DNA from: Candidatus Nealsonbacteria bacterium
Lineage (GTDB): Bacteria > Patescibacteriota > Minisyncoccia > Minisyncoccales > JAGGXC01
Assembly: GCA_026396195.1 (NCBI GenBank)
Contig: JAPLXH010000005.1
Location: forward strand, 3,710-67,709
Length of the DNA stretch: 64,000 nucleotides
Direction of reading: 5' to 3'
In this document: one piece after another, positions 8,394 to 18,429 of the stretch
How positions within the stretch are numbered: the first letter of the stretch is position 1
Layout: every line of letters starts with the position of its first letter
Notes under the pieces: model-generated
What the model was told of the DNA's origin: nothing
What the model saw: the letters and a program-made list of their open reading frames with translations, nothing else
Databases searched by the model: none
Program-made: the position numbers and the translations under genes

Positions 8394-9899
<1,506 letters not shown>

Positions 9900-10046
9900 A
9901 TTTTAAGTGTCGGCTATAATTGAAATCGGAAATTTGGATTTTAATTATAAGGTATTAATCGAACCGCGGAAAATTGTTTTTAACAATTCCGCGCCTGCGT
10001 GAATAGAGAGTATATTCTGCGCGGTACCTTCAAAGATCGATTGCTT

Positions 10047-10073
10047 AGTTCGAAACGACTCTAAGATACTAAC
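10047..10073 (+). other. 3' strand of the pre-16S processing stem (partner 8363-8389)
   Basis: agttcgaaacgactctaa (10047-10064) is the exact complement of ttagagtcgtttcgaact (8372-8389). Pairing extends imperfectly to 8363/10073. Confidence 0.65.
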
Positions 10074-10160
10074 TTAAAAAACAAAAGCCTTTACCCCCCT
10101 CCCTTATTATAAGGGAGGGGGTTTACAGTTTTTGTATTTTTAATTAAAATCATGTTATAA

Positions 10161-10232
10161 GGGCGTGTGGCTCAGTGGTAGAGCGCGTTCCTGATAAGAA
10201 CGAGGTCGAAGGTTCGATTCCTTCCACGCCCA
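10161..10232 (+). tRNA. tRNA-Ile(GAU)
   Basis: GGGCGTG TG GCTC AGTGGTA GAGC G CGTTC CTGATAA GAACG AGGTC GAAGG TTCGATT CCTTC CACGCCC A. Confidence 0.95.
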
Positions 10233-10353
10233 CTTATAAAAGGGCCTATAGCAAAACAGAATTTTGATATATCAAGCTTCAGCTTGCTATAGTTTAATGG
10301 CAGAACACTACATTTGTCCCGATTGGAAATCGAGGATTCCTGATAACTTTGGT

Positions 10354-10428
10354 GGGCCCGTAGTTTAGTGGTAGAACGCCTCATTTGCAATGAGGAGATT
10401 GTGGGTTCGATTCCCGCCGGGTCCACCA
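10354..10428 (+). tRNA. tRNA-Ala(UGC), CCA encoded
   Basis: GGGCCCG TA GTTT AGTGGTA GAAC G CCTCA TTTGCAA TGAGG AGATT GTGGG TTCGATT CCCGC CGGGTCC A CCA. The G3:U70 identity pair is present. Confidence 0.95.
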
Positions 10429-10436
10429 AAGTTATC

Positions 10437-10575
10437 GGAACAAGTAGGGATGGAACAGTTCCCTGCCTGCCGGCAGGCAGGGATTCTGCCTAGGTCCACT
10501 GAAAGTTCGAGTCCCGTAGTCCCCGCCGACAACACCGCTTTTTAATAAGGCGGTTTTTTGGTAGAATAAAAGAAC
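10437..10575 (+). repeat. cassette-array boundary repeat A
   Basis: Contains the 22-nt palindrome ccctgcctgccggcaggcaggg (10461-10482), gttcgagtcccgtagtccccgcc (10505-10527), the hairpin ccgc...ggcgg plus a T-run, and TGGTAGAAT 8 nt before the ATG. Confidence 0.7.
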
Positions 10576-10833
10576 ATGAAAAAAATAAGTAAATTAGCAA
10601 TTCTTAGTTTTATTTTTTCAACTTTTGTTTTTCTTATTCCATTTATTGATAGATATATTCCTTATCCTTTTCCTCGCGAAACTGTTTATAGCCTTTTAGA
10701 TTATGGTGGTAATTTTGCAGCTTTAATATTAGGAGTAATAGCTTTAATTTATGTTAAGAAGAAAGAATTGAAAGGACAGTGGTTTGCGATATTAAGTATT
10801 ATTTTAGCGGCTATTGCTTCTCTCTATGTATAA
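10576..10833 (+). CDS. small multi-TM membrane protein (cassette 1)
   Basis: 85-aa ORF, three hydrophobic segments. Start is 8 nt after a TAGAAT -10 box. Confidence 0.5.
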   Translation: MKKISKLAILSFIFSTFVFLIPFIDRYIPYPFPRETVYSLLDYGGNFAALILGVIALIYVKKKELKGQWFAILSIILAAIASLYV

Positions 10834-11031
10834 CAGGCTCTAACATGGTTCGGTAAGAAAACCTAAATTTATCACAAAAATCCCCATTATTCTCCCTAAT
10901 CCTGGTTCTAACCCTTCGGCAGGCTCAGGACTAAGTCCTTCGGGGGTACTCAGGACTTATGCTACGTCTACAAGTCCCCGCAAACAACAGCCGCTTTTTA
11001 ATGAGGCGGTTTTTTGGTAGAATAGGGGAAT
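10834..11031 (+). repeat. cassette-array repeat B (with extra GC-rich mini-repeat insert)
   Basis: Blocks in order: caggctctaacat, ccccattattctccctaatcctggttctaac, gtctacaagtccccgc (10966-10981), hairpin plus T-run, TGGTAGAAT. Confidence 0.75.
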
Positions 11032-11847
11032 ATGAACAAGAAAATATCTACACCAATAGCCATAGGGATTATTTTAATCCTATCTGTTGCATTAATAATA
11101 TTTACTTATTGGCAGATTGCAGAGATAGAGAAAAATGCGAGCCAAATAATAGAAATTAAGGTTCCAGAGAAAGAAGAAATGGCGACATCAACGATAATAA
11201 CGGTAACTAATTTTGAAGAATGTGTTGCTAATGGATATCAAGTTGATAATGATACTTATTCACATTATCCTTATTCTTCCTTATGTAAGACTCCTGGCGG
11301 AGATGTGTTTATAAAAGGAATTGATAATAATAGAATATACGTTGAAAAAGAGAATGGTAAGATTGTTGCGATTAATGTAGGAGAAAAAGAATTAAAAATA
11401 AATGAGATTATTCCTAACCTTGTTGAGAAGCAGGAAATATCGGCAGGAGTTAAAGAAGAGTTAGAAAGTAAAGCAAAAGAAGACCACAAAGAATGCTCTA
11501 CCGAATATGAGAAATCTTTTATAGTAAAAATTTTTAAGATTGAATTAGATGACAATTTAGAAACAGAAGAATATGTTGTTGACTATTGGTGTGGAGGTCA
11601 GATTGAATTTTCTAATGTTTATAAGAAGATTGGGAATGAATGGAAAACAATTTTAGATGTTGGAGGATGGGTTGATAAGATTGAAAAAACGAAAATAAAC
11701 GGAATGCATAACCTTTTGATATTTGAAGAAATGGGGCTCAACAGCCCTGGAATAGAAACTCGTTATAAATGGAACTCTTTTCTTAACATATATGAAGAAG
11801 ACCAAAAATGGGATGTAATTTGGAATGTTTCAAATTTCACACAGTAA
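11032..11847 (+). CDS. secreted/anchored hypothetical protein (cassette 2)
   Basis: The N-terminus MNKKISTPIAIGIILILSV is identical to that of the 12763 gene. No known domain seen. Confidence 0.6.
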   Translation: MNKKISTPIAIGIILILSVALIIFTYWQIAEIEKNASQIIEIKVPEKEEMATSTIITVTNFEECVANGYQVDNDTYSHYPYSSLCKTPGGDVFIKGIDNNRIYVEKENGKIVAINVGEKELKINEIIPNLVEKQEISAGVKEELESKAKEDHKECSTEYEKSFIVKIFKIELDDNLETEEYVVDYWCGGQIEFSNVYKKIGNEWKTILDVGGWVDKIEKTKINGMHNLLIFEEMGLNSPGIETRYKWNSFLNIYEEDQKWDVIWNVSNFTQ

Positions 11848-11991
11848 AACAGGTTCTAACATCGTCAAATTGTCGCCAAATCTACCATATAGACCCCTCC
11901 ATTCTCCCTAATTCTGGTTCTAATGTCGTCTACGAGTCCCCGCTAAGCAAAACCTTTTTAATAGAGCGGTTTTTTGGTAGAATTAAATAAT
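11848..11991 (+). repeat. cassette-array repeat C
   Basis: aacaggttctaacat, ccattctccctaattctggttctaat, gtctacgagtccccgc (11928-11943), hairpin plus T-run, TGGTAGAAT. Confidence 0.75.
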
Positions 11992-12615
11992 ATGGAAATT
12001 AAAAATACATCAATAATTGAATGGGAAATAACGCCTTCGGAAAAAAGAGAAAGACTACAACAATTTATTTCAAAAACATGGTGGATAATTCTTTCTTTTA
12101 TTATTTTTTCTTTCTTTAGTTTCTATTCAGGATTTTGGTCTACTAAAATTCAACATGGCACTAACGCTGCTTTAAAAGAGCTTTTATTTATTGTAATTGC
12201 AGTAGCTGTAGGTATTTTACTTATATATTTCTTTAATAAGATTAATCCATATCAATTAAGAACTTTTCGTTTAGACAATGCAGGAGTTCAAATTTCTAAA
12301 GGAAAAAAGAAGAAATCTTATTCTTGGAACGAATTTGAATGTTTTTATGTTTACACAACTTACAGGGGCTATACGCCCAATAAAGAAACGGATTTAGGAA
12401 AAATATTTAAAGCAGAAGAACAAATAATGGGTGATATTTTCTATCTTAAGAAAAAACAAACAACTTTTTTGTCTAAATTATATAAAACTTTTATTGTTAT
12501 TTACTCCGAACCCAATAACCTAGGAGATATATTTAGCTTCTTAAAAGATAAACTGCCACAAAAAATAATGACAGCGACCACTGATTTTGGATTAATTTTT
12601 TATGAATTTAAATAA
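11992..12615 (+). CDS. two-TM membrane protein (cassette 3)
   Basis: ATG at 11992 lies 8 nt after TAGAAT. Two adjacent hydrophobic helices are followed by a soluble domain. Confidence 0.55.
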   Translation: MEIKNTSIIEWEITPSEKRERLQQFISKTWWIILSFIIFSFFSFYSGFWSTKIQHGTNAALKELLFIVIAVAVGILLIYFFNKINPYQLRTFRLDNAGVQISKGKKKKSYSWNEFECFYVYTTYRGYTPNKETDLGKIFKAEEQIMGDIFYLKKKQTTFLSKLYKTFIVIYSEPNNLGDIFSFLKDKLPQKIMTATTDFGLIFYEFK

Positions 12616-12762
12616 AGTAGTTCCTAACATAGTTCATTAATGGACTAAATCCATCATAAAAACCCCATTATTTTCCCTAATCCTGGTTCTAACGTTGTCT
12701 ACGAGTCCCCGCAAACAACAACCGCTTTTTAGTAAGGCGGTTTTTTGGTAGAATGAAACAAT
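12616..12762 (+). repeat. cassette-array repeat D
   Basis: agtagttcctaacat, ccccattattttccctaatcctggttctaac, gtctacgagtccccgc (12697-12712), hairpin plus T-run, TGGTAGAAT. Confidence 0.75.
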
Positions 12763-13899
12763 ATGAATAAAAAAATATCTACACCAATAGCAATTGGTAT
12801 TATATTAATCTTATCTGTTCTTTTGGGCGGTTTTACCTTGTGGCAATGTTCAGAGATACAGAAAGAGAAAATTGAACCAACATTATTAGAGAATAAAGAG
12901 CAAACAACAGATTTGAAAGAAACGGCACAAAATCTTTTTAGTGATTATTTAGATAAATATAAAAATACAGATACGACCCTTAATGACAGAATTAAAAGTT
13001 ATATAATTAATGATATTAAAATAGATATGACCGAAGACGATTGTTTTGGATTTACTGTTAATTATTCAGTTGAGACCCTTAAAGACCAAAATAATAATTT
13101 AACTAATTGGGTGGCTGGTAATGGTAAAGAGGATGGCAATTGGGTTAAAAATAAACAAGAATTTGTAGATGCAATTAAAGAAAATGGGAATTATAAAATT
13201 AGAGAAATGGGAACGGGCAGAGGTTCAATAAGTTGTATGGGTGAGCAAGACGAAACCGCTGATTGGAAGACTTATAGTAATGAGGAGTATGGGTTTGAGA
13301 TAAAGTATCCCGAAAAGTGGCCTATAGACGAGGATTATAATAACGAGAATTATTACGCTAATGTTACCATTAGAGAGCAAAATGGTGAAGGTAAAATGGT
13401 TGACTTATATATTTATAATAATCCCAATAATTTATCTCTTACTCAATGGCTTGATTTTTATGACCAAAATATATGCGGTTCCGTTGGAGAAAGAAAACCA
13501 ATTTCAATTGCTGGTGTTGAAGGAATTAAAGGCGCACATTACTGCGGCGATTCTTATTTAGAGGGAATTTTTTTATTAAAGGAAAATAAAGTTTATAATA
13601 TCAATTTTCTGTGGGGTGGGATGGAAGAAACCGTAGGACCTATCAAAGATGAAGAAGGAATTTATAACCAAATGCTTTCTACTTTTAAGTTTATTGAAGA
13701 AACTACTGATAATATGAAAAATTGTGAAATTGATTCAGATTGCGTTGGTTCGGCTTGCTGTCACCCTGATTCATGCATTAATAAAGCATATAGAGGAGTG
13801 TGCAATGTGTTCTGTACTCAAAGTTGTGAAGGACCGTTAGATTGCGAAAAGGGAAATTGTGCGTGTGTTAATAACAAATGTGTAATAATAGCTAAATAA
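12763..13899 (+). CDS. secreted/anchored protein with Cys-rich C-terminus (cassette 4)
   Basis: Same 19-aa N-terminus as the 11032 gene. The C-terminal 60 aa contain 14 Cys (CEIDSDCVGSACCHPDSC...CACVNNKC). Confidence 0.6.
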   Translation: MNKKISTPIAIGIILILSVLLGGFTLWQCSEIQKEKIEPTLLENKEQTTDLKETAQNLFSDYLDKYKNTDTTLNDRIKSYIINDIKIDMTEDDCFGFTVNYSVETLKDQNNNLTNWVAGNGKEDGNWVKNKQEFVDAIKENGNYKIREMGTGRGSISCMGEQDETADWKTYSNEEYGFEIKYPEKWPIDEDYNNENYYANVTIREQNGEGKMVDLYIYNNPNNLSLTQWLDFYDQNICGSVGERKPISIAGVEGIKGAHYCGDSYLEGIFLLKENKVYNINFLWGGMEETVGPIKDEEGIYNQMLSTFKFIEETTDNMKNCEIDSDCVGSACCHPDSCINKAYRGVCNVFCTQSCEGPLDCEKGNCACVNNKCVIIAK

Positions 13900-13990
13900 T
13901 TTTCATAGTTTTTATCAATTTCTACCCACCCAAAGGTTCTAAACGTGTCCCGTAGTCCCCGCAAAAAAATCGCCATTTAGACGGTTTTTT
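13900..13990 (+). repeat. cassette-array boundary repeat E (truncated unit)
   Basis: aaaggttctaaac, then gtcccgtagtccccgc (13947-13962, identical to 10511-10526), then hairpin aatcgccatttagacggtttttt. Confidence 0.7.
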
Positions 13991-14134
13991 GTTTTAAATA
14001 AAGTTATCCACAATCACTTTAAGGCTATTTTTGCTAAAATAACATAAACTTAATAAATTTGATTTTTCCTATTTCATTAGGAAAATATTGAATTATTTTA
14101 AAGGTCGAAGCAAAAAAAATAAAAATTTAAAAAC

Positions 14135-14815
14135 ATGACAAGTTGGTCTATGATTATCCGTGAAAGTTTACAAGGTCTTTTACAAGATTCAATATCTTAT
14201 CTTCCTAAAATCCTTATAGCATTGATTGTTGTAATAATCGGTTGGCTTGTGGCCGTAGGGATTGGAAAGGTAGTAACAGAAATTTTGAGAAGAATAAAAT
14301 TTGACACTCTTTTTGAAAAAGGAGTTTGGAAACACGCTTTACAAAAAGCTGAATGGAAAATCGACCCTTCAGGGTTTATCGGAGCCATAGTTAAATGGGT
14401 TTTATTCGTTTCTTTTTTAATAGCAGCCGTAGAGATTTTAGGGTTTATTCAATTTGCTATTTTTGTCACCAATATAGCTGCTTGGTTGCCGAATATTATA
14501 GTGGCAGCGGCTATTTTTGTGGTAGCGGTAATTGTCGCAGAATACTTGCCAAAAATCATCAGAGCCGGGATTGAAGGATTGGAAATAAAATACGGCAGTT
14601 TATTGGAAACATTGACAAGAGGAGCGATTTGGGTTTTTGCCGTTCTGGCCATCTTAATTCAGCTGGGAATTGCCGAGGAATTAATTATGACTTTGTTTAC
14701 CGGTTTTATAGCATTTTTGGTGATTGCCGGAGGTTTGGCTTTTGGTTTGGGAGGGAAGGATGCTGCCGCAGAATTTTTGGAAGACGTGAAAAAGAAAATG
14801 AAAGAAAAAGAATAA
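14135..14815 (+). CDS. multi-TM membrane protein (conserved TM-helix-repeat type, MscS-associated-like)
   Basis: Repeated hydrophobic helices ending in GLAFGLGGKDAAAEFL. The family assignment is tentative. Confidence 0.5.
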   Translation: MTSWSMIIRESLQGLLQDSISYLPKILIALIVVIIGWLVAVGIGKVVTEILRRIKFDTLFEKGVWKHALQKAEWKIDPSGFIGAIVKWVLFVSFLIAAVEILGFIQFAIFVTNIAAWLPNIIVAAAIFVVAVIVAEYLPKIIRAGIEGLEIKYGSLLETLTRGAIWVFAVLAILIQLGIAEELIMTLFTGFIAFLVIAGGLAFGLGGKDAAAEFLEDVKKKMKEKE

Positions 14816-14871
14816 TTAAACTTTTTTACTTTTTAGCGCTAAGAAGTTATAAAAGTTGAATTTTATTTTCG

Positions 14872-14904
14872 GAATTGAGCCCTTTAAGAGGGCTCAATTC
14901 TTTT
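14872..14904 (+). terminator. intrinsic terminator
   Basis: gaattgagccc-tttaag-agggctcaattc followed by tttt. Confidence 0.7.
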
Positions 14905-14939
14905 GACTTATTGGGCAAATAAAGTAAAATAAAAATAAT

Positions 14940-16397
14940 ATGTTAAACGCGGATATTAGAAAAATTAGATTAGAAAAACTGGAAAAAATAAGAAAATCAG
15001 GCACCAATCCCTATCCCGGAACAACCAAAAGAACCCACCAAATCAGCGAGGTTTTAGCTGATTTTAAAAAATTAGCTTCTTTGAAAAAAGAGGTGATTTT
15101 GGCCGGACGAATTAAATCGCAAAGAGGCCATGGCAGCTTAACTTTTTTAGACATTGAGGATGGTACCGGAAAAATCCAAGGTTTTTTAAAAAAAGACGGC
15201 CTGGGCGAGAAAAGCTATCAATTTTTTACAGATAATTTTGACATCGGTGATTTTGTTGAGCTAAGAGGCATTTTGTTTGAAACGAAAAAAGGGGAGAAAA
15301 CCATCGAGGCCCGGGATTTTAAAATGTTAGCAAAATCCCTTTTACCTTTGCCGGAAAAATGGCACGGGATTCAAGATGTTGAAGAAAGATTAAGAAAAAG
15401 ATATTTGGATATTTTGTTTAACGCGGAAGTAAAAGATATGATTTTGAAGAGGGCTGTTTTCTGGAATTCAATGAGGGAATTTTTGGTAAAAAAAGGATTC
15501 TTGGAAGTTGAAACTCCGGTTTTTGAAGTTACTGCCGGCGGAGCCGATGCAAGGCCTTTTATAACCCACCACAATGCCTTAGATTTGGATGTTTATTTGC
15601 GTATTTCAATGGGCGAACTTTGGCAAAAAAGATTAATGGTTGCCGGTTTTGAAAAAGTTTTCGAACTTGGGCGCCAATTCAGAAACGAAGGAATGGATGC
15701 GGAACACTTGCAAGACTATGCTCAAATGGAATTTTATTGGGCCTACGCTGATTATGAGCAGGGAATGGAGTTGGTTGAAGAAATGTACAAATACGTCGCT
15801 AAAAAAACATTCAGGACCTTAAAGTTTAAGACAAGAGGTTTTGATATTGACCTTTCAAAAAAATGGGAAAAATATGACTACGGTAAAATTATTAGTAAAG
15901 AAACCGGCATAGATATTTTTCAGGCAAGCTTAACTGAAATGGAAACTATTTTAAAAAAACTTGGCATTGATTATGACAAAAAAGGATTTAATAAAAAAAG
16001 AGCAATTGATAATTTATGGAAATATTGTAGAAAAAATATTTCAGGCCCCGGGTTTTTAATCAATATTCCAATTGAAGTGTCTCCTTTGGCAAAAAGAAAA
16101 GAAAAAGATCCAAAAGTGGCCTTAAGATTCCAGGTAATTTTGGCCGGTTCTGAAAACGGCAACGGCTATTCAGAGCTTAATGACCCAATTGATCAGGCGG
16201 AAAGATTCAAGGAACAGCAAAAATTGCGCGACAAAGGCGACCAGGAAGCCCAAATGTTTGACGCTGAATTTGTGGAGGCTTTGGAATACGGGATGCCGCC
16301 AACCTGCGGATTTGGAGTATCTGAGAGGTTGTTTTCATTTTTAATGGATAAACCCATGAGAGAATGTCAGATTTTTCCCTTAATGCGTCCTAAATAA
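14940..16397 (+). CDS. lysS: lysine--tRNA ligase, class II
   Basis: OB-fold N-terminus, then FRNEGMDAEHLQDYAQMEFYWAY and GSENGNGYSELNDP class II motifs. Confidence 0.9.
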   Translation: MLNADIRKIRLEKLEKIRKSGTNPYPGTTKRTHQISEVLADFKKLASLKKEVILAGRIKSQRGHGSLTFLDIEDGTGKIQGFLKKDGLGEKSYQFFTDNFDIGDFVELRGILFETKKGEKTIEARDFKMLAKSLLPLPEKWHGIQDVEERLRKRYLDILFNAEVKDMILKRAVFWNSMREFLVKKGFLEVETPVFEVTAGGADARPFITHHNALDLDVYLRISMGELWQKRLMVAGFEKVFELGRQFRNEGMDAEHLQDYAQMEFYWAYADYEQGMELVEEMYKYVAKKTFRTLKFKTRGFDIDLSKKWEKYDYGKIISKETGIDIFQASLTEMETILKKLGIDYDKKGFNKKRAIDNLWKYCRKNISGPGFLINIPIEVSPLAKRKEKDPKVALRFQVILAGSENGNGYSELNDPIDQAERFKEQQKLRDKGDQEAQMFDAEFVEALEYGMPPTCGFGVSERLFSFLMDKPMRECQIFPLMRPK

Positions 16398-16426
16398 ATT
16401 TAAAAAATAAAATTTAAATAAATATC

Positions 16427-17692
16427 GTGTTAGACATTAAATTTATTCGCGAAAATATTGATAAAGTTAAAGAAGGTTGCCAAAATAAAAAGGCAAAAGT
16501 CGACATTGACCTGCTTTTAAAATTGGACGAAAAAAGAAAAGAAGCTTTAATTAGCCTCGAAGGGTTAAGAGCAAAAAAGAACAAAGCCACCAAAGAGATA
16601 GTCCAAAGTAAAACAAAAACAGAGAAGCAAAAGATTGTTTCTGCAATGAAAAAAATCGACAAAAAAGAAGAAGTTTTGCAGGAAAAATTTAATAAACTTG
16701 AAAATGATTTTAACGATTTAATGTTGAAGGTTCCCAACTTGCCCTCAAAAGAAGTGCCTTTAGGCAATGATCAAACCGGAAACGTTGTTTTAAGAGAAGT
16801 GGGCGAAAAAACTAAATTTGATTTTAAAATAAAAGATTATTTTGAGATAGCGAAAACGTTTGACCTGATTGACACGGAAAGAGCGGCTAAGATTTCCGGA
16901 ACGAGATTCGGCTTTATAAAAAATGAAGCAGTTTTTTTACAGTTCGCTTTGATAAAATTTACTCTGGACATTCTAATTAAAAAAGGTTTTTTACCGATTC
17001 TTCCGCCGGTTATGTTAAGTCCGGAGATGATGAAGGGAACGGGACATCTGTCGGAAAAAGATTCAGAGGAGAAATATTTTATAGAAAAAGACAAACTTTA
17101 CTTAACAGGCTCCGCTGAACAGCCGTTAGTTTCGATGCACAGCGGAGAGGTTTTCCAAGAAAAAGACTTGCCAAAGAGATACGTTGGTTATTCAACTTGT
17201 TTCAGAAGGGAAGCCGGTTCCTATGGGAAAGACACTAAGGGAATTTTCAGAGTTCATCAGTTTGATAAAATTGAGATGTTCAGTTTTTGTCTTCCTGAAA
17301 AATCGGAAGAAGAACATAAAAATCTTTTATCAATTCAAGAAGAATTGATGGGGCTTTTAAAAATTCCCTACCGAGTAGTTCAAATTTGTACCGGAGACTT
17401 GGGTTTTCCGGCAGCAGCTGCCTATGACATCGAAGCTTGGCTGCCCAGCGAAAATCGATACCGTGAAACTCACACCACCTTTAACGACACTGATTTTCAA
17501 GCAAGAAGGCTGAATATCCGTTTTAGGAATTCAAAGAACAACAGGCTTGAAATTGTCCATGCTTTGAATGGCACGGCTTTTGCTTTAGGCAGAATTTTAA
17601 TTGCCATAATTGAGAACAATCAGCAAAAAGATGGAAGCATTAAAGTGCCGGAAGCTCTTTGGGAATATTTAAATTTTAAAGAAATCAGATAA
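16427..17692 (+). CDS. serS: serine--tRNA ligase (GTG start)
   Basis: MLDIKFIREN coiled-coil arm, then TCFRREAGSYGKDTKGIFRVHQFDKIEMF and HALNGTAFALGR. Confidence 0.9.
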   Translation: MLDIKFIRENIDKVKEGCQNKKAKVDIDLLLKLDEKRKEALISLEGLRAKKNKATKEIVQSKTKTEKQKIVSAMKKIDKKEEVLQEKFNKLENDFNDLMLKVPNLPSKEVPLGNDQTGNVVLREVGEKTKFDFKIKDYFEIAKTFDLIDTERAAKISGTRFGFIKNEAVFLQFALIKFTLDILIKKGFLPILPPVMLSPEMMKGTGHLSEKDSEEKYFIEKDKLYLTGSAEQPLVSMHSGEVFQEKDLPKRYVGYSTCFRREAGSYGKDTKGIFRVHQFDKIEMFSFCLPEKSEEEHKNLLSIQEELMGLLKIPYRVVQICTGDLGFPAAAAYDIEAWLPSENRYRETHTTFNDTDFQARRLNIRFRNSKNNRLEIVHALNGTAFALGRILIAIIENNQQKDGSIKVPEALWEYLNFKEIR

Positions 17693-17706
17693 AATTTCTT
17701 TTAAAA

Positions 17707-18429
17707 ATGGAAAATAATCAAAAATCCATTGTTATTCTCCATGGATGGTATAGTTTAAAAGAAAGATGGCAAAAAGTGAAAGAAATAGTTGAAAAAGAAG
17801 GAATAAAAGCCGAAATTCCGGATTTACCCGGTTTTAAAGAAGAAACGAAATTGAATAATCCATGGAGCTTAAATGATTATCTTAATTGGATGGAAAAATT
17901 CATTGAGGACAAAAAAAATTCAGGAGAACTAACTGAACCATTTTTTTTATTAGGTCATTCTTTCGGAGGGAGAATTGCCATTAAATTTGCAATAAAACAT
18001 CCTGAAAAATTAAAGGGTTTAATTCTGTTGTCTGCTGCCGGAATTAAATCTAAAGAAAATTTCATTGCAAATTCTTCATTAATTTTTAAACAATTACATT
18101 TTTTGCCGGGCTATGATTTATTCCGAAAATTTTTTTATAAGTTTATTTTAAGAAAAACTGATTATATAAAATTAGAAGGTATAATGAAAGAGACTTTTAA
18201 AAATGTGATTAACGAAGATTTGAGTGATTTATTAGCTGAGATTAAAGTAAAAACCTTAATTTTATGGGGAGGGAAAGATAATGTAACTCCTCTTTCTGAC
18301 GCTTATTTTATGAAAGAAAAAATCGTAAATTCAAAGCTGGAAATTTTAGAAGGTTTAAATCATACGGCTTATTTTGAAAATCCGGAAATTGTAGGACCTA
18401 AAATTTTAGATTTTATTGAAGAAAAATGA
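17707..18429 (+). CDS. alpha/beta hydrolase
   Basis: Nucleophile elbow GHSFGG. C-terminal H in LNHTAYFE. Confidence 0.7.
   Translation: MENNQKSIVILHGWYSLKERWQKVKEIVEKEGIKAEIPDLPGFKEETKLNNPWSLNDYLNWMEKFIEDKKNSGELTEPFFLLGHSFGGRIAIKFAIKHPEKLKGLILLSAAGIKSKENFIANSSLIFKQLHFLPGYDLFRKFFYKFILRKTDYIKLEGIMKETFKNVINEDLSDLLAEIKVKTLILWGGKDNVTPLSDAYFMKEKIVNSKLEILEGLNHTAYFENPEIVGPKILDFIEEK

Noticed and set aside
10094-10121. CCTCCC in the hairpin ccccctccctt...aagggaggggg, as the missing anti-SD joined to GGATCA by removal of a ~205-nt intron.
   Set aside because: It lies outside the pre-16S processing stem (whose 3' strand is at 10047-10073). It is fully base-paired and is followed by a T-run, so it behaves like a terminator hairpin.
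10172-10429. 85-aa minus-strand ORF covering tRNA-Ile and tRNA-Ala.
   Set aside because: It overlaps two canonical tRNA genes and has no coding features.
10834-13990. CRISPR array or integron attC sites, as an explanation for the cassette repeats.
   Set aside because: The repeats are 90-200 nt, imperfect, and separated by 250-1100-nt coding genes, so this is not a CRISPR array. The two GGTTCTAAC blocks are direct rather than inverted (no RYYYAAC...GTTRRRY pair). No intI-like gene is present, so a classical integron is not supported.
13994-14002. Perfect DnaA box TTATCCACA, a possible oriC.
   Set aside because: It is a single box. No cluster of boxes, AT-rich unwinding repeats, or dnaA/dnaN neighbours were seen. 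It sits in an ordinary intergenic region.
18426-18429. Alternative genetic code (UGA as Gly or Trp, as in some CPR lineages), as an explanation for the in-frame TGA at 46106.
   Set aside because: TGA clearly terminates conserved genes here, with ATGA start/stop overlaps at 18426-18429, 23790-23793 and 43015-43018. Code 11 therefore applies.
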